50,733 bases of DNA, taken from a virus. Taxonomy: Duplodnaviria; Caudoviricetes. This document shows positions 20,281 to 29,769 of the stretch, piece after piece. The stretch covers positions 1 to 50,733 of IMG/VR virus record IMGVR_UViG_3300026484_000108. One strand, 5' to 3'. The position numbers were made by a program, and so were the translations under genes. How positions within the stretch are numbered: position 1 is the stretch's first letter; every line of letters begins with the position of its first letter. The notes beneath the pieces were generated by a model that worked only from the letters and a program-made list of their open reading frames with translations, did not search any database and was not told the origin of the DNA.

Positions 20281-21003
20281 TTAATTACCTCCATATGAAG
20301 CTGTAAGTTTATCTCTTAGAGCTGCTTTTCTTTTATATTCATTTTTTTGTATATCTAATGCCCATTTTTTAGCTCCAAGTTCCCAATCAGTGATACTCTT
20401 ATTGTATGCAAATTGTTCTTTTTGAAAATCTAAATTAGCTTGTTGAATTTCTTTAGCCCAATCAAATCTTTCTCTTTGGAAATCCATATTCTTCTGATAT
20501 AAGTTCATTTGATCAGCCCATTGACTTCTAGCAAATGCTTGTTGTTGGTTTCTAATATCTCTTTGAAATTGTAAGTCTAAATTGTGTTGTTCTTTCTGCC
20601 AATTTAAATTACTCTTTAATAAATCATATTTTTGTTGTGAAGCTTTATCAGCTAAAGAAAGCATTCCTTTATAATAATCTGCTAAAAAACTACCACTATT
20701 AGGATTACTTAAGTCTATTCCAGTATTTAAAGGTTGTCTTACTTCAGGTGTTTTTGTTGCAGTGTTTACTGTAGTAGTAGTTTCTTCTAATGGATCTCCA
20801 TTATCATCAAATATATTTGTAAATCTTGGATCTGTTTGTGCTTCTACTTGTACATAGTTTACTGTAGGATACTTCCCATCATTAGCTTTATAATTTTCGA
20901 AATTAGTTACTACTGTAGGTGATTTATAAGGTTGTATATTATGTGCGAATTTATCATTACTTTTTTTTAATAGATTATTCCATGCTGTATTATCCCATGC
21001 CAT
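20281..21003 (-). CDS. internal virion/ejection protein with Q/W-rich coiled coil
   Basis: Cys-free, repeated (W/F)Q(K/R)E(Q/R) units. Confidence 0.55.
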   Translation of the reverse strand: MAWDNTAWNNLLKKSNDKFAHNIQPYKSPTVVTNFENYKANDGKYPTVNYVQVEAQTDPRFTNIFDDNGDPLEETTTTVNTATKTPEVRQPLNTGIDLSNPNSGSFLADYYKGMLSLADKASQQKYDLLKSNLNWQKEQHNLDLQFQRDIRNQQQAFARSQWADQMNLYQKNMDFQRERFDWAKEIQQANLDFQKEQFAYNKSITDWELGAKKWALDIQKNEYKRKAALRDKLTASYGGN

Positions 21004-21033
21004 TAGTTTTCCTTTTATATAAATTTTAATAAG

Positions 21034-21042
21034 ATTATAACA
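21034..21042 (-). promoter_or_regulatory. extended -10 sigma70-type late promoter (TGTTATAAT)
   Basis: TGnTATAAT about 30 nt upstream of the 240-aa gene, with T-tracts upstream. N4 late genes use host sigma70 RNAP. Confidence 0.6.
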
Positions 21043-21083
21043 AATAAATATAAAAAGAGAAGGAGGGAGAAGAAACGAAGATT

Positions 21084-21581
21084 TTATTTTTTATTTTGTT
21101 TTTTAAATTCAGTATAAGTAATATCTGGACCTTTTGGATATGAAATATTATATTTATTTACTAATTTAGCTTTTTTATTTCCTGTTGGTTTACCTAATCT
21201 ATCTGTTTCTTGGATATGTTTAATGATTTTTGTGTCTTTAAGAATATCAATTAAAGCTTTTTCTAACCATACATCTTGTCCTAATGGAACCAGTCTAGCT
21301 AATTCAAAGTATTTATTACCGAAACCTACAAATGCTGTTTCATCTTCATCATCTCTTGGATCATTACTTGTAATATTTACAAAGTATCTTTCTGTAGCAG
21401 ACTTTCTTTTAATTGCCATTCTTTCTCTTTCTGTTAATGGTTTAATTTCTTCTGCTTTTTCTACTGTTAATTCTTTTTTAGCTTCTTCAATTTTTTCTTC
21501 TAATTTAGCTACTGTAATATTTTTAGGGTATTCAATTCCTAATTGATCTGCTTCTTTTTTTACTTCTTTAATGTCTCTCAT
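21084..21581 (-). CDS. N4 gp55-like protein
   Basis: N-terminal ADQLGIEYPKNI...L (HeH/LEM-like), ITSNDP, immediately downstream of MCP. Confidence 0.7.
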   Translation of the reverse strand: MRDIKEVKKEADQLGIEYPKNITVAKLEEKIEEAKKELTVEKAEEIKPLTERERMAIKRKSATERYFVNITSNDPRDDEDETAFVGFGNKYFELARLVPLGQDVWLEKALIDILKDTKIIKHIQETDRLGKPTGNKKAKLVNKYNISYPKGPDITYTEFKKQNKK

Positions 21582-21604
21582 GTTTTATCCTTTGGAATAT
21601 TTTA

Positions 21605-21632
21605 TTTTCTGGTTCAAAGAGAACCAGTAAAA
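21605..21632 (-). terminator. hairpin after major capsid gene built from two GAACCAG motifs
   Basis: CTGGTTC-AAAGA-GAACCAG inverted repeat between MCP and gp55-like gene. Confidence 0.5.
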
Positions 21633-21639
21633 TTAGTTA

Positions 21640-22818
21640 TTAAACTAATTTACAAGTTACTTCTAATCTAAGTAGTTTTTCTGCTTCAAGAATAATTCCT
21701 GCATACCAGAAGTTATAACTAAATAAACCTTTAGTACCATATGGGTTGTTAAGTTCTTTGTTATTTGGAGAAATAGCATTGAATTTAACTTTTCCATGTC
21801 CTTTTAATCCTACTGTTGCAAATGCTCCCTCAGTTACAATAAGTGCTGGGAATACATCATAATAGTATTTGTTATCATCATCTGGATTTTCACTTGAGTA
21901 ACAAACTGCTGATGGTGCTTCACCCTTATCTCCAACTATATGACCTTGATGTCTATATACCATTGCACTTTCAGACTCAATAAATCTCATATCATATAAT
22001 AGACCAAATTCTCCATCTGCAATATTTGTAGCACTTGCATATTTATACACAGGAATGAATTTATCTAATCCTTCTAAATCGTATTTGATTTCTGGACCTA
22101 CGATTGCATAATATGCACTATTTACAGTTTTAGTATCAATTTTAGTTGAACCAGTAACCATAGATGTATGTTTTTTAGCTCTATATTTAACTAAATCTTT
22201 TACAGATTTTCTTACTAAAGTTTCATCAATAGTATATCTATCTGAAGTAGCATCATCATTTCCACCTAGTTCTCCTCTATTAGTTGCATCTCCACCATAC
22301 TTAACGAAGTTACCACCTAACATATCTAATTGAACTAAATCTTCATATCTTCTTCTTGCTCTATCTCCTAATTCTTCTCTATATCTGATTTGTACAGAGT
22401 CTTCAGAGAACATTTCTACTTCATCAGTATATTCGATCATTTCACCATATCTTTCTAATTTAGTAGACATAGTTACTTTTTTAATTTTAAAGCTATTTGC
22501 TGGTCCAGAACCTTCTTCTAATCCTGGTAAACCATTAGTTACATCAGTAACATCTCTTCCACTATAAAGACCATTTGGATCTCCAACGAATTTACCTTCA
22601 TCATCAACTACTTGTCTATCTAATCCCCATAACCATTTAGAGATTTTAAAAGTCTTACCATACTTAGTTGGCATAGATTTTTTATCTGCTAACATTTGGT
22701 ATACATTTTTAGTAGTAGCTGCTCTAATACCAGCTCTATCATAAAAATGTGTAATAGTATTTGCACCATGAGAACTATTCGTTCCTTGGTTATATTGATT
22801 TACAATAATTTCAGCCAT
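21640..22818 (-). CDS. major capsid protein (N4 gp56 family)
   Basis: LADKKSMPTKYGKT, LEEG, YG...EYTDE, KIDTK, YA......GEFG, RFI, GAFATVG, PYG..G..S..FWY. Confidence 0.93.
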   Translation of the reverse strand: MAEIIVNQYNQGTNSSHGANTITHFYDRAGIRAATTKNVYQMLADKKSMPTKYGKTFKISKWLWGLDRQVVDDEGKFVGDPNGLYSGRDVTDVTNGLPGLEEGSGPANSFKIKKVTMSTKLERYGEMIEYTDEVEMFSEDSVQIRYREELGDRARRRYEDLVQLDMLGGNFVKYGGDATNRGELGGNDDATSDRYTIDETLVRKSVKDLVKYRAKKHTSMVTGSTKIDTKTVNSAYYAIVGPEIKYDLEGLDKFIPVYKYASATNIADGEFGLLYDMRFIESESAMVYRHQGHIVGDKGEAPSAVCYSSENPDDDNKYYYDVFPALIVTEGAFATVGLKGHGKVKFNAISPNNKELNNPYGTKGLFSYNFWYAGIILEAEKLLRLEVTCKLV

Positions 22819-22828
22819 TTTTTATCCT

Positions 22829-23920
22829 TTATCTATTCATAATTTCATTATAAAGTCTATCAAACTCTTCGTCAGACATATCCATATAATTTATATGATA
22901 ATCTGCATAACTTCTTTGAGGTTTAACAGCTTTATTTATACTTGCTCTTTGTTTAACTTCTTCCATTTGTGTTTGTTGTACTTGCTTTTGTTGTTGATTA
23001 CTTTGTACCTTTTGTAAGGCTTCCTGTTTCTTTTGTTCGATTAGCTGACTAGCTAAATTTGCATAAATCTCAATGTATGAACCAGTAGCATTACCTAACA
23101 ACATTTGTTTAGTAACTAATGGTTCAACTTCAAAGAAAATTCCTGATTTAATATCTTGGTGTAATCCTTCAATTAAATTAGGATTCTGCATTAACATCTC
23201 TTTACTTTTTGGATCCAGTACAGATTCAATTACTTTAACTGTTGTAGGATACTCTTCATCTTGAGATATTCTCTCTTCAATTTCTTTAAGTTGTACTTCG
23301 ATTTCATTAGGTGCATAATTCTTAGGAGTATATTGGATCTCATCATCTGGATCAAATTCCTCATATACATCTAAATTAACATCTTTAATTAATTTTTTAA
23401 CAGCTTCTTTATTTCCCTGTTTAATATCAACTAATAGATTTAAATCATCTACACTTAATTTTTGTTGTTGCATTAATTCTACAGCACTTCTAAAAGGACT
23501 GATTTGTTGCATTTTTCTTGTATAGTCTACACCTTTACTTGCTAACTGATAGAGTTCTTCGATATCCTCGATTGGAATCTCTTTTCCTGCAGCTTTTAAA
23601 GGTTTAAGTTCAAACTGTTTATTCTTTGTAGATTTATTTTTTTTAGGTTGCTCTTCTATAGAGTCCTTTTCAGTTTCATCTACATTTTCTTCATTCAGTT
23701 TAGTATTTGTTTCTGTATTAGAATCCTGTTCATTTTCAGGTTGTTCTAATTCATTTTTTATACTTTCTAATTCTGCTCTTTCATCTGGGTCTAAATCATC
23801 TTCTTCTTTAGGCATAGATTTTTTAGACTCTTTCGCCATTGCTTCTAACTCTTCATCAGATTTTTCCCATAAAGAATCTTCATCTAAAGGTGTTACTTCT
23901 GGGTTTGTTTCTTTATTCAT
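22829..23920 (-). CDS. N4 gp57-like protein (scaffold / 'tape measure')
   Basis: Acidic N-terminus, PLKAAGKEI...LASKGVDYTRKMQ, C-terminal MSDEEF. Confidence 0.8.
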   Translation of the reverse strand: MNKETNPEVTPLDEDSLWEKSDEELEAMAKESKKSMPKEEDDLDPDERAELESIKNELEQPENEQDSNTETNTKLNEENVDETEKDSIEEQPKKNKSTKNKQFELKPLKAAGKEIPIEDIEELYQLASKGVDYTRKMQQISPFRSAVELMQQQKLSVDDLNLLVDIKQGNKEAVKKLIKDVNLDVYEEFDPDDEIQYTPKNYAPNEIEVQLKEIEERISQDEEYPTTVKVIESVLDPKSKEMLMQNPNLIEGLHQDIKSGIFFEVEPLVTKQMLLGNATGSYIEIYANLASQLIEQKKQEALQKVQSNQQQKQVQQTQMEEVKQRASINKAVKPQRSYADYHINYMDMSDEEFDRLYNEIMNR

Positions 23921-23934
23921 ATGTTATCCTTTTA

Positions 23935-24243
23935 TTATGCTTCTACTTCTTCTGCTTCTACTGGTTCATCTAAATCATCGATACCTTCATTCATAAGTTC
24001 TTTTCCTGTCATTTCAATATTAAGTAAAAATAAATGTAAGTTACTTTTAGCTACTAACTCTTCCATTACATCTGGTCTTTCACCATTTCTTTTAATAGCA
24101 GGGTGAGCCAGTAAGCTAAAATTATCCATTACACTATCATGTAAATACTTATTTCTAATAAGTAACTTAAAGTCAGGATTTTTATCTAATCTTTTAAGTG
24201 CTTCATAAAGTACTAATGCTTCTTCTCTTGTTTCTTCTTTCAT
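23935..24243 (-). CDS. N4 gp58-like protein
   Basis: ALKRLDKNPDFKLLI...YL; synteny. Confidence 0.7.
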   Translation of the reverse strand: MKEETREEALVLYEALKRLDKNPDFKLLIRNKYLHDSVMDNFSLLAHPAIKRNGERPDVMEELVAKSNLHLFLLNIEMTGKELMNEGIDDLDEPVEAEEVEA

Positions 24244-24279
24244 GTTAATCCTTTGTTTTAGTTTGTTTGTTTTTTATTT

Positions 24280-24537
24280 TTATTGCATTGGTTGTTGAGG
24301 TTGACCACCACCACCTTGTTGTTGCATATGTTGTAAATATCTCATTACAACTTGTTTTACTACGCTTGGTATATTAGGATCATTCATAATATCTTGAGGG
24401 CTAACTTGTCCTGCTTGAATAGCTTGAATAATCTTAATAGCCATAGCTTTTATCTGTTCTCCCTGCTGGTCTCCACCTTGAGGTTGTTGAGCAGGTTGAG
24501 CCATACCACCTTGTTGCATTTGTGTTTGCTCATCCAT
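24280..24537 (-). CDS. Gln/Pro/Gly-rich small protein
   Basis: AAGGA RBS. Q-rich tails flank a short helical core. Confidence 0.7.
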   Translation of the reverse strand: MDEQTQMQQGGMAQPAQQPQGGDQQGEQIKAMAIKIIQAIQAGQVSPQDIMNDPNIPSVVKQVVMRYLQHMQQQGGGGQPQQPMQ

Positions 24538-24565
24538 TTTTTATCCTTTATTACTTTGTAGAAGA

Positions 24566-24571
24566 ATTATA
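24566..24571 (-). promoter_or_regulatory. -10 box for capsid operon
   Basis: TATAAT about 29 nt upstream of the Q-rich gene start, in the intergenic gap. Confidence 0.5.
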
Positions 24572-24591
24572 TACTAATTACTTCTTATTTG

Positions 24592-26631
24592 TCAATTCTT
24601 AGGCTTTTTAGCTTGTATATTAGCTAATTCTTTTTTTGTAAGTAAATCTAATAAAGTTTTATTTAACTCTAATTTATTTCTACTAGTAATTTCATTAGCT
24701 TTTAATTCTAAGTTAGCTTGATGTTTCATAACATCTGTAACAGATTTTAATTTTTCTATTTGCATTTGATTCTCATGATCTGTATTTTCTTGTTTTCTTG
24801 TAAAATCTAAATCTAGTAAATCAGCTTTACTTTGAGCTTCTTGTGCTTTAGCTTGTTTAAGAGCATAATCAGCTTCATTTTCTTTAGCTCCTGCTTGTTT
24901 AAATGCAATTTCAGCTTTAGCTTTTTCTATCTCAAGTTTTTTCATTTCTTCTTCTAACGGATCTGGTTTAGGTTGGAATTGTGCTAATTTAATTGCTAAT
25001 TCAGGCATACCACTTAATTCAGCGATTTCTGCCATAGCTATTTTAGACATTTCCATAGGCATATTAGGACCCATAGTTTGTAATAAAAAAGAAAGTTTTT
25101 TAACTTTAGAATCATTAGCTTGATTAGTAGATATATTTATTTCAAAGTCAGAATATAAATCTTCTAAATAATCATTACTCGGTTCAAATGGGATACCTGT
25201 AATTTCTTCTATTTCTTCTGGTTCCATAAAATAATACATATAACTAAGCCATTTAATTAATAATGGTTTAATTGCATTTTCAGCAATGTTTCTAACTAAA
25301 TCTAATTCTCTAACTGCTGGAGCATTTAGTTTATTACTTTCACTTGCTGCAGTAGTACCTAGAGCTTGTGAACCAGCCCCTGAACCAGGAAGTGTATTAC
25401 TTAAAGTATTTATTTCATTATCTACTTCATGCATAATAGTAAATATTTGATTATTTATAGGGGTATAATGTCCTTGATAAAACTCATTAGGTGAAATGTT
25501 ATATTCAAATGACTTACCTTCCATAAATCTTTTTTTATTTACGGCATCTAAGTTACCTTTTCTTACACCTCTTTGTTGTGAATTACTTTGAGCCAGGTCA
25601 TCAATAATACCTCTAATAATACCTGTTTTAATCTTCTGTAAATCATCTAATATATCAGGCATAGATAACCCATAAATACTAAAAGGTTTTTTAGTAAATT
25701 GTAATACTATAAATGGTATTTTTTCATCAGGGAAAGGGTTATTTTCTAATCTAATAATAGTATCATTTATCCATGTACATACTATAGGTTCTGCTATACC
25801 ATCTCCATTTAGATCGTAGTTACCCCAATATTCATACATAGTTAATTTTCTTCTTGCAGAGTCTTTAAAATTAAATAATTTCTTAGCTTCTTCATCTTCT
25901 CTGATCCAGTCAAATGAAGTATCATGATCATCTTGATATTCTTGTAACATTTCAGTATTAACTTTACTTTCTATTTGATCTAAGTTTTTATAAATACCTT
26001 GTTGTTTTAATTCACTTAAAGAAGTTTCTGTTCTATGAATTATAAATTGAATGTCTTCTTGTTTAGTAGCTCTTGGATCAATATAAATATCTTCATTTCT
26101 ACATACTATAGCAGTAGGTTCATTTACTATATTTACTGTATCTTTAACTGTCATAGAACCAAAGTTTATTTGATGTCCTGTAGATGTAGTATGTACTATA
26201 GGTAGTTCTTTACTAATATCTTTACTTTTATAATCCCATCCAGTTCTAATTACAGCAGTACCTTCTATTTGTAGAGTTTTAATTAAATCAGTCATAAAAG
26301 TATATCTAGGAAATTTACGAGTAAATTTATAATTAGCTAATTTCATAGATTGTAATACAAATCCTTTTCTCTTAACATGTAAAGAGGATAATTTAACTAT
26401 TTTAGTGTTATTCACAAATGGTTCTTTAATTATAGAATGTTGTTGTTCTACTTGTCTAAATATATCTCTACTTACAAATTTAGACCTACCTTTCTTTTCA
26501 TTCCCATATAATTTACCTTCATATCTATCTATAGAATTCTTTATATATGGATTTACTTCAGTATTTTTATATTCCTGAGCATCCTTTAAGTCTTGTTTAA
26601 ACTTTTCTAAAATACTATTTAAATTTATCAT
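24592..26631 (-). CDS. portal protein (N4 gp59-like)
   Basis: KGRSKFV, EGTAVIRTGW, IYIDP, YEYWG.YD..GDG..EPIV.TW..D.IIRLENNPFPD, SFLLQTMGPN. Confidence 0.93.
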   Translation of the reverse strand: MINLNSILEKFKQDLKDAQEYKNTEVNPYIKNSIDRYEGKLYGNEKKGRSKFVSRDIFRQVEQQHSIIKEPFVNNTKIVKLSSLHVKRKGFVLQSMKLANYKFTRKFPRYTFMTDLIKTLQIEGTAVIRTGWDYKSKDISKELPIVHTTSTGHQINFGSMTVKDTVNIVNEPTAIVCRNEDIYIDPRATKQEDIQFIIHRTETSLSELKQQGIYKNLDQIESKVNTEMLQEYQDDHDTSFDWIREDEEAKKLFNFKDSARRKLTMYEYWGNYDLNGDGIAEPIVCTWINDTIIRLENNPFPDEKIPFIVLQFTKKPFSIYGLSMPDILDDLQKIKTGIIRGIIDDLAQSNSQQRGVRKGNLDAVNKKRFMEGKSFEYNISPNEFYQGHYTPINNQIFTIMHEVDNEINTLSNTLPGSGAGSQALGTTAASESNKLNAPAVRELDLVRNIAENAIKPLLIKWLSYMYYFMEPEEIEEITGIPFEPSNDYLEDLYSDFEINISTNQANDSKVKKLSFLLQTMGPNMPMEMSKIAMAEIAELSGMPELAIKLAQFQPKPDPLEEEMKKLEIEKAKAEIAFKQAGAKENEADYALKQAKAQEAQSKADLLDLDFTRKQENTDHENQMQIEKLKSVTDVMKHQANLELKANEITSRNKLELNKTLLDLLTKKELANIQAKKPKN

Positions 26632-28340
26632 TTTCCATTATCCTTTAAGAATTTATTTAATATATTGAACCAGATATAATTATTAAAATTATAACCTAAT
26701 ATAGTATCTCTTTCTGTTACAACTAAAAATTTCAATGAGTAATATAGTAATTCTACAAAATCTAATAAGATAAAGTCTTTAGCTATATTATATATAAGAG
26801 GGAATAATATATTATCTTTACTATCTTTAGCTTTATAAGTATAATCTTTACCATTTAGTTTATATATTACTTGTATATCTTTTATAGAATATTCTATGTA
26901 ATATTCTTCAAAGTATTTTCTAATAAATATATTATTGTCTGGATCAATTATTTTTACGAATGTACCTGTCTTAGTAGGGTAATGATGTGTAACTGTATCT
27001 GTATTAATATTATAATTAAATGATACATAATTATTATCATTTTTCCTTATTTTCATTGTAGTTGTAGTATCATTGTTGGCATAATATTTATGCATTAAGT
27101 TAAATAAATACTCATTAATAATAGCTTTTTCTTTATATGGATCAATCAATTGTATTGCAAGTATTTCATTTATAATATCTTGTTTGAAAGTTATATTGCT
27201 ATAAGCATTCATAGTCATAAAATATTTATTAGTCATTAATCCCCATTTATTTGAAAGCAAACCTTTATGTTTAATTTCAAGTATTCCTTGTAATTGAATA
27301 TCTTCTTCTATAAGAAATTTATCTTTAGCATCAGTTAAATAACATTTTTTAGTTCCATCATCTAATAAGTATTCTACATATATTAATTCATCTGTATTAA
27401 AATCTTTATCTATTGATATTTTATCTTTATCTATATCAATAGTTTCATCATCTTTATCATCTTGATTATCATCATCGTTACTTGTACCAAGTGTATCAGA
27501 ATCTATTTCATAATCTATATCCTCTTTAAATGATATTTGATTATTATCATTATCTGCATCTTTTACTGTAAGCTTATGGGTATTATCATCAGTATCTTTT
27601 ACATCAAACGATCTATCAATTAAATTAGACCAATCTAATTGTGGAGGATATATATCTTTTACATCTATAAAAGTGCCTGCTTCTGTATCATCAGAGACAT
27701 GTTGATTAAACTTAAATTTTCTTTTTTTATTATAAGTATGTGTAGTTCTAATTTTATCATTCGAATAATCACAATCTGAACCAGAAAGAATATAAGTATC
27801 ATTATTTATAATATCTGTATTAGTATCTGAATCATATTGATTATTATCTTTAAGGTAATTTATTACATTTTCATTACAATCTTCTGTAGCATGTATTGTA
27901 TATTTATCATTATCTCTATTAACTGAATTTATATAATAATATTTATTATCATCTTTAAATACATCTGTTTCAAATGAATATTCTTTATCTCTTTGAAGAT
28001 ACCATAATGCTTGATACAATTCATCTAAATTATTATTATACTGAGAAAATATTATTTTTTCAGCATTACTATCTATCTTACCTTTTATATACTGAAGAAT
28101 TGCATTTTTATCAACATATTTTATTTTAGAACCAGTAGAATAAGAAGATAAATTAAAAGTAGTAGCATTTTTATTTTTAATTAATACTAGTTGTTTATAC
28201 ATGTTTTTCATAGCTTGAGTATTTGTATCTACTCTTGGTTTATTAAAAGACATTAGGTCTTTTAAACTAAATTTATTATCTTCTGGTTCATTTGGGATAG
28301 AAAGGATATTAAATCCTTTTACCAAGTTTTCTAATCTCAT
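26628..28340 (-). CDS. putative tail/virion protein
   Basis: 570 aa, acidic and beta-rich, ATGA-coupled to portal. Confidence 0.5.
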   Translation of the reverse strand: MRLENLVKGFNILSIPNEPEDNKFSLKDLMSFNKPRVDTNTQAMKNMYKQLVLIKNKNATTFNLSSYSTGSKIKYVDKNAILQYIKGKIDSNAEKIIFSQYNNNLDELYQALWYLQRDKEYSFETDVFKDDNKYYYINSVNRDNDKYTIHATEDCNENVINYLKDNNQYDSDTNTDIINNDTYILSGSDCDYSNDKIRTTHTYNKKRKFKFNQHVSDDTEAGTFIDVKDIYPPQLDWSNLIDRSFDVKDTDDNTHKLTVKDADNDNNQISFKEDIDYEIDSDTLGTSNDDDNQDDKDDETIDIDKDKISIDKDFNTDELIYVEYLLDDGTKKCYLTDAKDKFLIEEDIQLQGILEIKHKGLLSNKWGLMTNKYFMTMNAYSNITFKQDIINEILAIQLIDPYKEKAIINEYLFNLMHKYYANNDTTTTMKIRKNDNNYVSFNYNINTDTVTHHYPTKTGTFVKIIDPDNNIFIRKYFEEYYIEYSIKDIQVIYKLNGKDYTYKAKDSKDNILFPLIYNIAKDFILLDFVELLYYSLKFLVVTERDTILGYNFNNYIWFNILNKFLKDNGK

Positions 28341-29074
28341 CTATAATCTGCCAAGTAATTGTATAATTCAGTTGCTCTATCATCCGATATAATTGAAGGT
28401 TTACTTTCTAATTCTCCTGTAGTAAACATTAATGACCAAGCATCCATTTGAATTTTAAACATTTCAAGAAATTTTTTATCTACAATAGATTGAGCAGTTT
28501 TATCTTCTACTTCTATTTTTTTATCTGTTAATTGTAGTTCTTTATCTTTTAGACTTAAAAGTTTAGGGTTTAACGCTTGTTTATATTTTAATTCTTGATC
28601 TTGTAATGCTAATTTAGATTCTCCTAATTTAACTTCAGTATCTACTTTTTTATTCTCTAATACTAATCTATCTTTTTCAATACCTAATTTTTCTTTCATT
28701 ATTAATATTTCTGTATCAATTTTAGTAATATTATGAGCCATTACCTCTATTTCTTTTTCTGCTTTCATTAAAGCTAATTTTAATTGATTGTCTATTTCAT
28801 CTATTTTCTTTAAAGTAAGTTTAGTATTAGCATCAGTAAGTTCATTATCTTTTACTAATTTAGCATATGCTAATTTTGTATCTGCTTCTAATTTTTCTTG
28901 TGCTTGTTCTGCATCACCTGCTTTAGTTAATGCTTGTCCAAGTATTTGAACCAGAGCAGTTGCATAATCTGAACCAGTAAGCCTTCCTGCATCATATTCT
29001 TCTTGTAATACTTTAGTAACATTTTGTTTGTATGTTTCAAATATTCTGTTAAAATTTTCTGTATCGAATGCCAT
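28337..29074 (-). CDS. coiled-coil virion structural protein
   Basis: EEYDAGRLTGSDYA N-terminal motif recalled from N4-like structural proteins; long heptad region. Confidence 0.6.
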   Translation of the reverse strand: MAFDTENFNRIFETYKQNVTKVLQEEYDAGRLTGSDYATALVQILGQALTKAGDAEQAQEKLEADTKLAYAKLVKDNELTDANTKLTLKKIDEIDNQLKLALMKAEKEIEVMAHNITKIDTEILIMKEKLGIEKDRLVLENKKVDTEVKLGESKLALQDQELKYKQALNPKLLSLKDKELQLTDKKIEVEDKTAQSIVDKKFLEMFKIQMDAWSLMFTTGELESKPSIISDDRATELYNYLADYR

Positions 29075-29077
29075 TTA

Positions 29078-29758
29078 CTATCCTTTTATTATAAATCTAT
29101 GTTCTGTAATACTTGATGTTTTAAATACTGTATCTTCAATACTTTTAGCTAATGTATTACTATCTGTATCTTTTATATCATCTGCGAATTTAACATATCT
29201 TTTATCACTTCTTATATAAGTAATTTCATGTTCCTCTATATCACCATTTGAATTTGTCCATCTAACTTTTCTACCTACTATATCTTTATCATAAGGTCTA
29301 TTATTATCATGAAAATTCTTTATTCTTATATCTTCTCCTGCTGATTTATCTCCAGTATCTCCATCAAATTGAAAATCAAATTTATTGTTATATTCAATAG
29401 CACATTCAGTAATCATTTTAACCTTATTACCTATGAACTTTTTATAATTTAAAAAGTTAAAATGTTCTTTTAACTTATTATTTTCATTATATTTACTATC
29501 TACATATGGATAATATAATCTTTTATTATTTATTACAACAAATTTATTATCTTGATTTTTAATATCTATAAGAGTACATTTCATATAAATATTTTGTATA
29601 TTATATTGATCACTCCATATTTCATTGTTATCTCTTAATTTATGATATAAATCATAAACTATTATATTGTATCTTAATGTTATTAAGTCTTTTATATAAA
29701 TATCCTGATATAATGAATCATATTCAGGTATCTTTTGTAATTCTATATACTTTTGCAT
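29078..29758 (-). CDS. hypothetical (tail region)
   Basis: 226-aa ORF with AGGA RBS. Confidence 0.6.
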   Translation of the reverse strand: MQKYIELQKIPEYDSLYQDIYIKDLITLRYNIIVYDLYHKLRDNNEIWSDQYNIQNIYMKCTLIDIKNQDNKFVVINNKRLYYPYVDSKYNENNKLKEHFNFLNYKKFIGNKVKMITECAIEYNNKFDFQFDGDTGDKSAGEDIRIKNFHDNNRPYDKDIVGRKVRWTNSNGDIEEHEITYIRSDKRYVKFADDIKDTDSNTLAKSIEDTVFKTSSITEHRFIIKG

Positions 29759-29769
29759 TTTATATTTCC

